Notes: generated from the sequence alone by a model not told the origin. Counted from the stretch's first letter, positions 38,960 to 54,749 are shown. The stretch: 64,000 bases of DNA from the human T2T-CHM13v2.0 reference genome, Homo sapiens (GCF_009914755.1 NC_060925.1); one strand, 5' to 3'. A program made the numbers and translations.

Positions 38960-40800
38960 TAATTCTAAGATTGATGATAAGAAATTGGCAGTTTTAAGTC
39001 TGGGAGTAAAATCATTCTCGGTTTTATTTTAAAAGTCCCTCTCACTGCTGTGTGACGATTGGAATACAGAGACATAAATTTAAAAAATAGGGAAAGGTAG
39101 AACCAATTTAATAATTCAGGGTTTTTATGGTTTGCAATAAGATAGTGGTAGAAGAAGTAAATAATGTGGATAGATTTAAGATATATTTTAGTAAAGTTCT
39201 TGTCACACAATTTGATTTTAGATTGAATACAGGATGATAACTAGAGAATTGCTCTGAGCTTCTGGAAAGATCACAGTGCTATTTAAAGAGAGAAAGACTT
39301 TTACATTGGAGTTTGAGGTGCCTATTAGACATAGAACTTTAAAGTGGGCAGTTTGAATTCAGTGTAAAGATCAAGTGAGAGAGTGGGGAGGGAGTGTTAT
39401 CAGCATACAGAAAGCATTTAAAACAACTGAAACACAATGAGATCACATGGAGAGTACACAGATGGTGAATAGATGAAGGCTCAAGACCAAGCCCTGGGGA
39501 GGAAACAGCTGGTTAAGAAGGGCTAAAAAGATTAGCCATTGTGATAAGAAGAAAAATCAGAATATTGGATGACATAGTAGCTGCATTAGTTTCCTACTGG
39601 TGTTGTAACATATTGCTACCAATGTAGCGGCTTAAAGTCACTGGCTTCAAGAAGTCAGTGGCTTAAAGAAGTGTATTTTATTACATTTCTGGAGGTCAGA
39701 AGTCGAAAATAGTTTAGCAAGGCTGCATTCCATCTGAAGGTTCTAGGGGAAAATCTGTTTCTTGATCTTTTTCAGTTTCTAGAGGCTTTCTGAATTAATT
39801 GGCTCATGGCCCTGCATCACCCTGGCCTCTACTACCATTGTCACACCTTTGACTCTGACCCTCCTGCATCCCTCTCGAAAGGACTCATGTGATTACATTA
39901 GTCCTACCCATATAGTCCAGGATAATCTCCACTTCTCAAAACTGATTTGAGTCACATCTGCAAAGTCATTTTTATCATGGAAATTAACATATTTTAAAAA
40001 TCCTAAGATTAGACATGGACATCTTTGGTTGAGGGAGGCATTACTCAGCCTACCACAGTAGCAGACATTCAAGTGTATCATACAGAGAAACTGGTCAACT
40101 ATGTTAAATATTGCAGAGATGTTGAGTGCAATAAAGACAGAGAAGTGACTATTGGATTTGGCAACTGAGAGTATTTTTTAACTTTTGACAGCTACGTTTT
40201 TAGCACTAGATTGACCTGGATTAAAGAATAATTGAGAAGTAAGAAAGTAAAGATAATGAGTACAGAAATTTATTTTAAGAAGTTTGGTTAGGGAAGGGAA
40301 TAGAGAAACAGAAATTGGAAGAAGAGGTGGAGTTAAAGGAAAACCTGTTTTAAAGATGAAGTTACTAGATGTTTTTTGCATGTAAATACAGATGATCTAA
40401 TAAAGATGAAATGTTTTGTGATATGCAAGAGGAATAAATAATTGCAAAAGTGACAGCCATGAGAAGGAAAAAGAAAGGATCAAGGGAATAATTGGGTAAT
40501 TGGACAGGTTAATTTTTAAAGATCAGAGACACTTCACTTCTTTCATCCATAAAAGCAGCAGGGAAGACAGAAAACCTTTACAGATGCAGAAACCTGAGAA
40601 TTTGGTGGTTGGAACGTGAGTGCATAGCTTTTACATACATTCTCATTTCTCAATGAATTTTAAGATGATTTATTCAGCTGAGATTTTCAAGGTGGGTTGA
40701 GTTCTAGAGGGAAAGCTTGCGTCATAGAACAGCATTCTCAAGATAGCGCATGGGAAACTAAGTAACATTGTTGAACTGCGTACTCAGTGCTTATTTGAGT
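38960..40800 (-). mobile_element. LINE-2, split by an MLT1 LTR
   Basis: gagtttgaggtgcctattagacat, agagaagtgactattggatttggcaac, ttttaagaagtttggt. Confidence 0.75.
39582..40057 (-). mobile_element. MLT1D-like solo LTR
   Basis: tgcattagtttcctactggtgttgtaaca ... attactcagcctaccaca. Perfect 5-bp TSD gtagc (39577-39581 / 40058-40062). Confidence 0.85.
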
Positions 40801-41533
40801 GTGTGGTCATTAAAATTAAACAAGTTGTCACAGTTACATGATTTTTTTTTCCTCCAATATCTGGCTGCTTGTAGGCACTGATAAATTTGTTCATTATGAT
40901 TTAATCGAATTTGGCTTTTGAACTGTAAGAAAAATGGGGAAAATAAGTTGATACATTTTTGTGGATAAATTGTGCCGCTATCCATTTGTTGATCAAACCT
41001 CACATCTAATCCATAGTGAAACTCCATCACAATGTTCCAAGTAAAGCTCAAACTCATTCTCTTCTCTTTATTTACCTTCTATCATCACAGTTTTAATCCA
41101 AACTTGCATTAACTTTTGACTAGATTACTTCAATATCAACTTAACCAGCTTTCTCTCATCCATTTTCCATTGCAAACAAAACAGAAATAAACTAATAACT
41201 TTATCCTGCCCTCCTCCTATTCCCATCTTGGGAAAATGCCTCAGTTATTCTTCATTGCTATTAAAGACAAAAACATTTACATATACCTTTAAGGCTCTAA
41301 ATATTTTGATCTCTTCAAATGAATGGCATATCATCCTTTTCTTCATCTTGCTATCTCAGTATTCCAGCCACCTAGAAATTCCTAGTTCCTCAAACAGTCT
41401 ACGTTGCTCAAGGCCTTAACGATGTTTTCTTCTTCAGGAACACAAATCGTTTCTCTCTTAACCTAATCACCACTCACTTGGTTCTCAGATACACCTTGAC
41501 TGCTTCAAAGAAAACATCTGGGACCTTGAACAC

Positions 41534-42680
41534 TGTGATACTGTGATATAATAAAATATATATATTTGATCTTTGTACCTGGTTCCTGGCACAAGAAATT
41601 TTAAAACTATTGGAATTTCCCATGTGATCAGGATGAGAGAACCATCTTTTTTTATTCATAAAAAGCCCTTTTTTGGGAGGCTGAGGTGGGTGGATCACCT
41701 GAGGTCGAGAGCTTGAGACTAGCCTGACCAACATGGAGAAACCCCATCTCTACTAAAAATACAAAATTAGCCGGGCGTGGTGGCGCATGCTTATAATCCC
41801 GGCTACTCGGGAGGCTGAGGCAGGAGAATCGCTTGAACCAGGGAGGCGGAGGTTGCGGTGAGCCAAGATCGCGCTACAAGTGCGAAACCCCCTCTCAAAC
41901 AACAACAACAAAAAAGCTCTTTTCAATCTTACCTGAATTTATGCTAATGAGATGACTCTTGGTGGGCCTCTAGATAGCTTTAGGATGGGAGCTGGTTGCC
42001 TTCTGAACCATTATTAGAGAGTTGGAACTTTCAGTCCCATCCCAGTTGGCTAAGGCTGGGAGAGGGACTAGAAATTGAGCCAATCACCAATGGCCAATGA
42101 TTTAATTATTAGTGCCTATGTAACAAAGATTTCATGAAAACCCTGTAGGAGAAGGCTCTAAGCACTCTCGGGTTAATGAAGAAACTGAAGTACTGGAAGG
42201 ATGGTGTGACCAGAGAGGCCATAGACAATCAACACCCCTGACCCTCATACTTTATCCTATGCATCTTTTAATTTTTGGCTGTACCTGAGTTGCGTTTTTA
42301 ATAATAAAATATTAAATGTAAACAAAGTATTTTCTTGAGTTTTGTAAGATTTTCTAGGGAATTATCAAATTTGAGGAGGGGGTTATAGGAAAACTCCTCC
42401 TTCACCAATGACTTTATAGCTAGTCAGTAAGTATTACAAGTGGCCCAGACTTGTTTTCAGCATCCATAGTTGGCACTGTCTTGTGTGACTAAGCTCTTAA
42501 CCTGTAGGGTCTGCAATAATCCAGAGAGTTAGTGTCAGAATTGAATTAAATTGTAGGACACCCGTTTGATGTTGGGAGACTTGGAAAATTGAGTAGTGTG
42601 AGAAAAAAGCACATACACCTGTGGTGTCAGAAATGTTGAGAAAATTGATCTTAGTAGTAGTAAACATAAATCAGGACCCT
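41534..42680 (+). mobile_element. MER21C-like LTR containing an Alu
   Basis: tgtgatactgtgatataataaaatatatatatttg...ggttcctggcaca, aatcaccaatggccaatgatttaat, agtgtcagaattgaattaaattgtaggacaccc. Confidence 0.85.
41672..41915 (+). mobile_element. AluSp, 5'-truncated
   Basis: cctgaccaacatggagaaaccc, gcgcatgc, gttgcggtgagcc. (CAA)n tail. TSD aaaagc(c/t)cttt. Confidence 0.88.
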
Positions 42681-43014
42681 GAACCCAATGATTATTTACT
42701 AAAATCACATATAAAGGTTTAAACATATATATTTTATGAAATTATACCATCAATGACCATCCCAACACTAGATTATAAATTGCATAAGTAGAGGACCAGT
42801 TTCATTTGTACCCAGCATTTTGTCTCTAATGCTTATTATATTGCCTGGTGCATAGCAGCTAATAAATATCTGTTGGGTGAACACAAGCCATCATTAATAT
42901 GTAATACCAACTCTATGCCCTGATAGTGAATCTGGTACTCTTGTTATTTTAGATACCAACATTATCAAATGTATTTGATATGCATGGGCATTAATGGGCG
43001 CTAGCTGACTTGAA

Positions 43015-43270
43015 TTATATACATATATACTGTGTGTATATATATACACATATACATACCTACTGTGTATATATATATATATATACACATATACATACAT
43101 ATATACATATATATACATATACATACATATATATGTATATATACATATACAGTATATATGTATATATATACTTGAATATTTATATATGCAGTATATATAT
43201 ACTTGAATATTTATATATATTCTGTTTTTATGTGTATACATATATACATAACATATATACCAATATATAA
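43015..43270. repeat. Compound (TA)n/(CA)n/(TACA)n microsatellite
   Basis: Alternating purine-pyrimidine tract with a duplicated unit tatatatacttgaatatttatatat. Confidence 0.95.
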
Positions 43271-43495
43271 CTTCTCAGGAATATTCTTGCCTAGCATATA
43301 AGTTTGTTATTATATTTTCCAAACCAAAGGGCTTCAGCTTGTAAGAAAATGAGAAATAATTAGCAATCTTCAATTGAGTTACAATGAATAATCAGCATTA
43401 CTTTTCAAATAACACACACACAGATATATACATATCTAAAACACTTATATATTATATAATTTATTTTGTATCTCATACATGTGAATTACACAATA

Positions 43496-43844
43496 CAAGT
43501 ATACCTCATTTTACTCCTCTTCGCAGATATTACATTTTTAACAAATTGAAGGTTTGTGGGAACCCTACCTGGAGCCACTTATCAGTGCCATTTTTCCAAC
43601 AGCATATGCTTACTTTGTATCTCTGTATCAGCAATCTTTAGCAATAAAGCATTTTTAAGTTAAGATACACACATTACATTTTAGACATAAGGCTATTGCA
43701 CACTTAACGGAATACAGTATAGGGTAAACATAACTTATATTTGCAGTGGGAAATCAAAATATTTGTGTGACTCATTTCACTGAGATATTTGCATTATTGT
43801 GGTGGTCTGGAACCAAACCCACAATATCTCCCAAGTTATGCTAG
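43496..43844 (+). mobile_element. Tigger1 internal-deletion derivative (both termini kept)
   Basis: TA-caagtatacctcattttact...aaattgaaggtttgtgg matches the 5' end; ggtggtctggaaccaaacccacaatatctcccaagttatgctag-TA matches the 3' end. Confidence 0.85.
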
Positions 43845-45079
43845 TACATAACTTTATATATTTCATATATATAACATGTATTTAATACATATTTTCTCTT
43901 CTGTGTTCTTTACAGATTCATTAAAAGAATATATTCCAAAACTGAAGAGAAAAAGCATGAGGATAGAAAGTGGGCCAAAGCTGAATAAAAAATGCCACCT
44001 TACTTTTTTTTAAAGTTTATCAGTAATATTATAATAGTATCACACTTTTCTGTATTTTTGCTTTTAAAATATATCACTATCTTTTCAAGCAGCAGTAAAA
44101 TTTTGCCACATGTGTTTGTACAGAAATAGTTTCTGAATCTAAATGCTATTTAAAATAGTACACAATGATACTTTTGAACTACAGAATGTCTCAAAAAATT
44201 AAGAACAGATGTTGCTTAAAATTTTCAAAAACAAAGAGAAAATTGAATTCATCCCCAAACTGAGGAAAAGATTCATAAACAATTTTTTCTAGTATAAATA
44301 ATTTGAAATCATAATTTCAGTAGAAAAGTATAAACTTTAAGTATCTTTTATGTTGCAGATACCAAATTGCTTTTATATATAGATAAGTTTGTATAAATGT
44401 ATATATATCTGCGTGTGTGTATGTATATTTGAACATATACACATACAAATATGTGTGTGTGTATAATCAGCAGATATTTAGAGACATGCCTGGGTCACGT
44501 TATTTATTCTTAATAACCAGTGTTACATGATTTATTTTGAAAGAAGGCTTGATAGTGAAAAAAATTTTGTGAATATTTATTCTAGATTTGCTTTTAAAGA
44601 AGTCCATTCTGAGCAATATGGTATTTCTGATTTTTTAAGAGAACAATCCTCCAGCACCTTTTGAAGGTGCTACATTGTCATTCCATATCATATTTTCAAC
44701 CCATCTGCTCTTTGCCTTTGGGATTCTAAGCAAGTATGCATAGTCAACTGCAATACCCTACAGCATTCTGCAGTTTCTTATCAGTTAATCAGTTTATGTT
44801 TATAAACATATAACAGACCTCATGTCACATCACCAAATGTATTTGAAACAACTAAGCCAAAATGAAATATGGCTAAATGACTGCTCAATTAAAAGGACAC
44901 ACATAAATCTTAAATATGTGTTTTAATTTTGCCACTGCAATTTTAATGAAAATTAATACAAAATTGGTTATGTTTGTTAAAAAAAATGCCAAAACTTCTA
45001 TTATTCTTCGTTGTCAGTATAGGTCGATTGCTCTTAATGGTATTTTGATATTTGGTTTGCTTTGGGTTTCGAATTAATG

Positions 45080-45397
<318 letters not shown>

Positions 45398-45761
45398 GAA
45401 TAAATGATTTATTATCTGGAAGTGAGCATGCCTCATAGCATTCAATAAAGGACTGACTTCCTTCCAAAAGTAGAAATAAAGATCCTGATGACAGAATACT
45501 TTCTATTTAGCACTTGATCATGACAGAGAAAAAACACGGGAGAAACAAAGCTTGGAAAGAAGGACAAAAGGACAAAGGAAGAGAGGGAGGAAAGGAGACA
45601 GATAGAAAGGAAACAAAGGATAGAGAGAAACAAGTCAGCAAACAGGCCTGTGTTTCTAGATTATAACTTGCAAAGGTATTAACTATGCAGTGTTTATATT
45701 TTAGCATTTAGGTTTCTAGCAACTTGACAAGAACTGATAGACACTAAAGAAATGATTGTTG

Positions 45762-46068
<307 letters not shown>

Positions 46069-46199
46069 GAAATGATTTTTGACCTTAACAGGACAATTAG
46101 CCTTGCAGGCTAAAAGAAATATCCCTTTTTCTTGGTATCAAGGAAGCTTTCCTTTTCCTTTTACCTATTGCTAATCTCATCATTGAATGCTTTTCTAAT

Positions 46200-48553
46200 G
46201 CACTATCTATTTTTGTATAAGACAGTGCCTCAAAACTTTGTATCTAAAGACAACGAATATGTATTATCTCATAGTTTCTGGAAGTCAGGATATCGGATGT
46301 GACTTAGCTAAGTGGTTAGGTGTAGGGTCTCTCATTAGGTGGTAATCAAGCTGTTGACCAGGACTGAGGTCAACTGAAGGCTTGCTTGGGTCTGGAGATC
46401 CCTGCTTCCAGCCTCACATCTGTGGCTGTTTATAGGAGACAGTTCCTCTCTATGTGAATCTTTCCATACACCTTCTCACAACATGGTGACCGGCTTCCTC
46501 CAAAGTGAGCAATTAAAGAGAGATAGTATAAGAGAGATATTGACCAATAAAGAAGCTCAGTGTCTTTTATAAACTAATCTCAGAAATGGCATTTCATCAT
46601 TTCCACTGTATCCTATTGGTCACACAGAAAACACTGGTATAGTGTGGGAGGGGAGACAAATGGGGTCATTTTGGAGGCTGACTACCACATTGTGCCCTTT
46701 GTACATCGATGATTTATGCCTGTACCCCATGCAAATGCACTCATCTCTCAAAAGACCTAAAAGTCTCATCATGTTACAATATCAGCTCAAGGCTTAAGCT
46801 TCTGTAATCTGTGTTAGGTTCCCTTGATCTATAGACAAATAGAAGTGGATCTAGACAAAAACCACACCCACAAACCTCTTCTAGTTAAGCCCTTCTCTAA
46901 CTAATTTGAGCTTCTGCTGAGAGAGAACACCCCTGAGCTTTTCACAAGTCCTACTGTTTTGTTGAGAGTATCTGTGAGTTGTTCCCTTAAATTCTTTAGA
47001 AGGAGTTTTGTCTAACTGAACAATACTCTAAAATATCACTATTGGTTAGACTTAAGTATTAATAAAAATGTTATAATCATACTCTTGGCTTTATATTTAG
47101 TTCATACTTTTTCATATAGAGCTCTAGAATTCATCTTTGCTCAAAAGGCATTTTTAAATTTTAGCATTATCTGTCATTGGGTGAAACTGATAGTTTTCAA
47201 AGTTATCATTTCTATCTGTCATGTTCGAAAGACCTCCTCCTTTAGTTTAGCTCTCCACTCTCACAATTACTAACCACACCAAGGAGATAGTAGCAAGTAC
47301 ATTCTACACTCTACCTAGGAGTGTCCTTAGCCAAATCACCCAGTTCATTTGATACATTTTAATTTCCTGCCAACTGTAGGCAAGAATGTTGCTAGCTTTT
47401 CTGTCAACACATAAAAGGAAATTATTTTCTTCCATTTCCCAAGAAGATTTGCCTCACATTCTTTAAATTCTCAGTGGTAGCCTGATAAAAGACCAAAATT
47501 TTTCTAATGCTTGTTCAATGCAATTTAGACTTTCTCTCGCATTAAGGCATTTGTTACAAAGCATGATAATTCCAGGTATCAAAACCTGTTATTACTTAGC
47601 TATTGCTGAATAACAGATTACACCAAATTTTAGCAGCTGAAGACAAAAATTATTTTTATCTATATTTGTTTCCTAGGGCTTCCATAACAAATTACTACAA
47701 ACTAAGTGGATTATGACAACAGCGATTTAATCCCTCACAGTCCCAGTGGCTAGTAGTCTAAAATCAAGTTATGAGCAGGGTTGATTTCTTGTGTAAATTC
47801 TGATAGATAATCAATTCCATGCCTCACTCCTAGCTTCTAGTGTCTCTGGCAATACTTGATGTTCCTTTACTTATAGCCTCATCACTTTAATCTCTGCCTC
47901 CATCTTCACATTGCCTTTTTCTATACTTGTCTTTTTTCTTCTTTCCTCTCTCATCTTATAAGGACTCATGGGATTTAAGGGCTACCCTAATTTACGGTAA
48001 TCTCATCTCAAGATTCTTAACTCAATTACATATGCAAAAGATACTTTTTCCAAATAATGTCATATTAATCAGTTCTAGGAATGTATCTTTTGAGGCCACT
48101 ATTCTACCCACCACATTGTTCATATAGTTTCTGAGGACCAGGAATTGATATGTGTCTTTGCTAGGTAATTCTGGTCTCTCGTGAGCTTCAATAAAGCTTT
48201 CAGCTAAGACTGCAATCAACTGACAGTTTGAGCACAGCTGGAGATGGGCTTTCAAGCTGGCACACATAACTGGAAGGAAGGTACATTTTCTCACAAGGTA
48301 GGTTTCTCCAAAGGGCTGCTTATAACATGGCAGCCAGTTGCACCCAGAGACAGTATTAATATTTCCAGAGAGAAAGAAAGAGAGAGACCAAGAAGGAAGT
48401 CATCTTTGCCTTTTATACCCCAATCTCAGGACTTGGCATCAGTTTTGAGATATTCTATGGTTACTCTGGCCAACATTTGTCACTGGTACATTGGGTGAGG
48501 AGACACAACATTAGTGTAAATATCAGGAGATAGGGATCTCTGGGGGCTACCAA
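46200..48553 (-). mobile_element. MLT1F/G-like MaLR with LTR (46200-46689), internal region (46690-47586) and LTR (47587-48553)
   Basis: Two homologous LTRs (catagtttctg...caggaat/caggata, caactga, aacatgg, cttttata...aatctcag, ctacca). The internal part ends with MaLR-typical ttccaggtatcaaaacc. Confidence 0.7.
47661..48115 (-). mobile_element. MLT1C/D-like solo LTR nested in the MLT1F/G LTR
   Basis: tttcctagggcttccataacaaattactacaaactaagtgg ... gaggccactattctacccaccaca. Confidence 0.8.
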
Positions 48554-50120
48554 ACCCATACTTCTGTTTATTCCAGATTGAGTCTCAATTTTCCATACTA
48601 TTGCTTTAGGACAATCCAAATATTGTGATAATCAGGGCATAATTATCAAGGTTTATGATACCGCATCAGTGAGGGAAGACATAAAATGCTTGAAGTCAAT
48701 CAGCATTCTGAGAAATAATTTTAATGGTATACCATACAGTGCTTGGCCCACGGTAACTACTTAATATATATTAATATATGTCATAGTGCCTCCCTCCTCA
48801 AGCTCTTCCTTCCCTACCCTACTTACCAAAAATTCCACTTTATCTCAACCCCATTTCCAATGACACAATATCTGACATTCTCTATTTGGATGGAACAAAA
48901 AGAAATAAGCATTAAGCCTGAGGTTGTCTCTAAAAATGAAGGTAATTCGTAATTAAAATCTCTGTGGAACAAAGATTCAAAATCATTTACATCCTTGTCT
49001 ATGTATTTTTTTCTGTGAAATATAAAAGGTATATGTATGTATCTGTATGTATGTATAAACTATATAAGGGAAATATGTATGTCTATATCTATTTATCTAT
49101 AGCTAATTTATACCTATCTACTATCCATATATCGAAATTAAAGACAGAAAGAAATAGGTATTTACTGAATGGCAAGTATCTAGTCTATAAACCCCAACCT
49201 GGCAAGACAGAAAGTAAGAAACTTTTGATGATATTCAAAGGAACAAAAATGAAAAGTTGATTGTATATTAGTAAGAGCCTAATTTAATTTCTCAAAATAC
49301 AACAGCCAAATCTTTGATGCCTATAATACTCTAGGAACTTAAATTTGACTAGTTTTTCCATCATTGTTTGTTTTACTCTTTTTCTCTATTTCTGTCTGAA
49401 CAGAACACACAAACATGCATACTCCACGTACACTCACATCATACCACAACTTAACAGAACTGAAAATTTCTGATTACTTTCTTCTAAAATTTAAGAAAGT
49501 AGGAATCAAACTGTGAGACATCATTCTATTCCAGTTAATTGATTTGGAAAAAGAAAACAACTGAGAAGAAGGCAAGTCATTCTCTGACATTGATGGGAGG
49601 GATGGTTTCATAAGGGTTCAAGCTGAGAAAAATCATCATTTTTTCAGAACAAGCATTTAAGAATCACTTCCCTCTCTAGTTCCCTATTTATGAATTTCTT
49701 TGAAACTCTGACATTGCCCCAACTAGACACAGTTCCAACATATATTTCTATAATGCGGCTCTTGGTGAATATACCAATATTTTGGATGAGAACAAGTTCT
49801 TATTCTAATAATCTAGCAGGTAATTAACTGTGTGGACAAAGAAGTTACTACAGAAGGAGATATTTACTTTCCACCTGAGAAAACACATATACATATTTTC
49901 TAATGGAATGCATATTTTTATTGCTGACAGCCACTATTATATTATTGTTCTATTTTGCCTCATCTACAGTTTTAATGCAGCATAAACTGGTATAGATATT
50001 AAGGACTATAAGAACTTCAAATGAAATGGGAGTATTGTCAAAAAGAATGACAAGAGGAACAGAAAGGCAAAGAAGGAGAAAAAAGAGAAAGAGAGAGGTA
50101 GAGAAGAAGAGAGAAAAATA

Positions 50121-50264
50121 CAGTCACCCCTCCAGAGCTATGAATTATACATCTGCAGATTCAACCAACTGCAAATCAAAATTGTACTACACCATGTTAT
50201 GTAAGGAACTTGAGCATCCAGCAGATTTTCACATTTGTCCAGGGGAAATACCGAGGGATGACTG
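50121..50264 (-). mobile_element. MER2-type Tigger MITE, internally deleted
   Basis: TIRs cagtcacccctc / gagggatgactg. tgcagattcaaccaactgc and aggaacttgagcatcc. Confidence 0.8.
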
Positions 50265-50483
50265 TTATTCAAAGTTATAAACTTCTTGAAAAGATCCAGC
50301 ATTACATGTTACACATACTTTAAAATTTTTAAATAATGCAGAAAATAGAATAGAAATAACTTTCTATATTTCTCTACTATGCAAAGACTCAATTAATGAA
50401 ATAATTGATATCAATCTACCTAGTTACTTTTTAAGGACTCTGCATTTATTCAAATACCTATCTAAGATATGAATGTTAAGTTC

Positions 50484-51374
<891 letters not shown>

Positions 51375-52498
51375 AAAGCATCTACACAAGTAAAATAGAT
51401 TTTGCATATGCAGCTTTCTTATACATTTAGTATATTGGTTTATATGTGACAAAAATATCTTCTAGGTTGAATTTTTATTTTCCTGTTGTTTGAATTTCAA
51501 GGAATAGCCTTTAAACTCTGAATGAACTATGGAAATTAGAAAGGGAAATATATGTAACATGGCTTTCTTATTAATGTCTGTCTCTAAAATTCTCAAAGAA
51601 CTGATACATAAATACTAAAAAGACATTTATTTTATAGGATTTTATTTTTTATTCAAATTAATAATGCTAGAATTTCCTCTATAAGTAACACAATAATAAA
51701 ATCAATACAGGTAGTTAAATTTCCATAAATAGAGTATAATTGAAAAGTAATGTAGAGAAAGATGTGAAGAGGTTAAATTCTAAAAATTTAAGTGATAATC
51801 TACAGACAGAAAGGAAGCAGCCAGGTTGAGGAAGAAAAGGGACCTGCAGTTGAACCCAAGGAAAAGGCATAGACCCTGATCCCCACACTAAAAATACATG
51901 AGCCAATCACCAGAGACTAAATTCCAAATGTCATAATCATTCCCCCTTAAATGAGAATGAAGTTTGCCCTTTCTCTGATCCATGCTCTTTCCATATGCAG
52001 AAAAAGATAAAATGGACTTCAGAGAAGTAGAGGTAATCTATGTAGGCCCCATTATTTATGAAAGAACTGAAGGCTGGGTGGAACTGCACTCTGACAGTAA
52101 TCTAAACAATACTGTAATTATAATGCAACTATGTATAATTTTAATATACATATAACAGAATAGATATAATAAACTAAGAAAATCAGTGAAGTTGTTGTCG
52201 GATGACCACAGCATGATAAATGTAGTAGGGGGACCTCAAAGATCACTAATATTTTTCATGTTTCATCCTCAGGACAGCAATAAGATACTCTTTCTGTTCT
52301 GACACTAATAGTTGTTTTAAAAAGTATTAAATATGTCATTTAAAGTAATAAACATAACTGCCAGAAGAAATAAAATTAAATGATATGCTTTAATGTGACA
52401 GAAGAAAAAGAAAAAATATAAGAAAATAGAATGCTAATGAAAGAAAAGCATAAAATAAGATGACAGAATCAAGTCAAAGATGTATTTGAAAAACTCAC

Positions 52499-54749
52499 TG
52501 TATTAGTCCATTCTCACATTGTGATAACAACTACCTGAGAATGGGTAATTTGCAATGGAAAGATGTTTAATTGATTCGCAGTTCCACAGGGTGTACAGGA
52601 GGCATGGCTGGGGAAGCCTCAGGAAACTTACAATCATGGCAGATGGGTGAAGGGGAAGGAAGCACATGTTCACATGGTGGCAGGAGAGAGAGAGAAGGCA
52701 GCAGTGCTACACACTTTTAAACAACCAGATCTCATGAAAACTCTCTCACTATCACAAGAACAGCAAGGGGAATATCCACCCCCATGATCCAGTGACCTCC
52801 CACCAGGCCACTCCTCCAACACTGAAGATCATAATCCAAAATGAGATTTGTATGAGGACAGTCAAACCATATCATTCTTCCCCCAGCCCCTCCCAAATCT
52901 CATGTCCTTCTCCCATTTCAAAACACAATCATACCTTCCCAACAGTCCCCCAAACTCTTATTCTAGCATTAACTCAAAAGTCGAAGTCCAAAGTCTCATC
53001 TGAGACAAGGCAAGTTTCTTCCACCTATGAACCTGTAAAACCAAAAACAATATGATGGGAATACAGGCATTGGGTAAATGCTCCCATTCCAAATGGAGGA
53101 TATTGGCCAAAACAAAGGGGCTACAGGCCCCATGCAATTCCAAAACCCAGCGGGACAGTCATTAAGTCTTAAAACTCCAAAATAATTTCCCTTGACTCCC
53201 TGTTTTACATCCAGGGCGTGCTGATGCAAAAGGTGGGCTCCCAAGGCTTAGGCACCTCCACCCCATGGCTCTACAGGATACCATCCTTGCAGCTGCTTTC
53301 ATGAGCTGGCATTGAGTGTCTGTAGCTTTTCCAGGTGCACGGTGCAAGCTGTCAGTGGATATACCATTCTGGGGTCTGAAAGACGATGGCCAGTGGCCCT
53401 CTCCTCACAGCTGCACTAGTCAGTGTCCCAGTAAGGAGTCTGTGTGGGGACTCCAAACCCACATTTTTCTTCCTCACTGCCCTAGTAGAGGTTCTCCATG
53501 TGGGCTCTGTCTCTCCAGAAGACTTCTAACTGGACATTCAGGCATTACCAAACATCCTCTGAAATCTAGGTAAAGGCTTCCAAACTTCAACTCCTGCCAT
53601 CTGCATACCCACAGGCCCAGCACCACATAGAAGTCATCAGGGCTTGGGGCTTGCACCCTCTGAAGCAATGGTCTGAGCTATACCTTGGTGCCTTTTAGCC
53701 ACAGCTAAGGGTGGAGTGGCTGGGATGCAGGGCCCCATGTCCTGAGGCTGCACAGAGCAACAAGGCCCTGGGCCTGGCCCATGAAACCATTATTCCCTCC
53801 TAGGCCTTCTGACCTGTGATAGAAGGGACTGCTGCAAAGGTCTCTGAAATGCCTTGGAGGCATTTTTCCGTGCTCTGCTTCCCTTTTATATGTGAGTTCT
53901 AGTTTCAGGTCATTTCTTTGTTTATGCAAATAATCACAGGGTTTTAGAAGCAGCCAAGCCACCTCTTGAATGCTTTTCTCCTTATAAATGTCTTCTTCTA
54001 GATACCCTACATCGTCTCTTTCAAGTTCAAAATGCAACAGATCTCTAGAGCAGGGGCAAAATGCCACCACTCTCTTTGCTACAGCATAGCAAGAGTGACC
54101 TTTACTCCAGTTCCCAGTAAGTTCCTCATCTCCCTCTGAGACACCACCTCAACCTGGACTTCACTGTCCATATCACTACCAGCATTTTGGTCAAAACCAT
54201 TCGACAAGTATCTAAGAAGTTCCAAACTTTACCTCATCTTCCTGTCTTCTTCTGAGCCCTCCAAACTATTCCAACCTCTGCCTGTTACCCAGTTCCAAAG
54301 TCATTTCCACATTTTCAGTTATCTTTATAACAATGTCCCACTTCCCTGGTATCAAGTTTCTGTATTCATCCATTCTCACACTACTATAAATAACTACCTG
54401 AGATTGGGTAATTTATTTTAAAAAGTGGTTTAAATGACTCATAGTTCCACAAGCTGTACGGGAGGCATGGCTGAGTAGGCCTCAGGAAACTTACAATCAT
54501 CGTAGAAGGGCAAAGGAGAGGCAACTACATCTTCCCATGGCAGCAGGAGACAGAAAGTGAAGGGGAAGTGCTATACACTTTTAAACAACCGGATCTCATG
54601 GATCTGATGAGAACTCACTCACTATCACAAGAGAAAAATGGGGAAATCTGCCTCCATGATCCAATCACCTCCCACCAGGCTTTTCCTCCAACACTGGAGA
54701 TCATAATTCAACAGGAGATTGGGGTAGGGACAAGAGACAAACAATATCA
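52499..54749 (-). mobile_element. Complete THE1D-like MaLR provirus: LTR 52499-52874, internal 52875-54360, LTR 54361-54749
   Basis: Two direct LTRs (tgtatt...atatca) with ggcatggctg...cctcaggaaacttacaatcat. Perfect 5-bp TSD ctcac (52494-52498 / 54750-54754). Confidence 0.92.

Noticed and set aside
42894-43270. Tyr/Ile-rich ORFs on both strands
   Set aside because: They are translations of the (TA/CA)n microsatellite.
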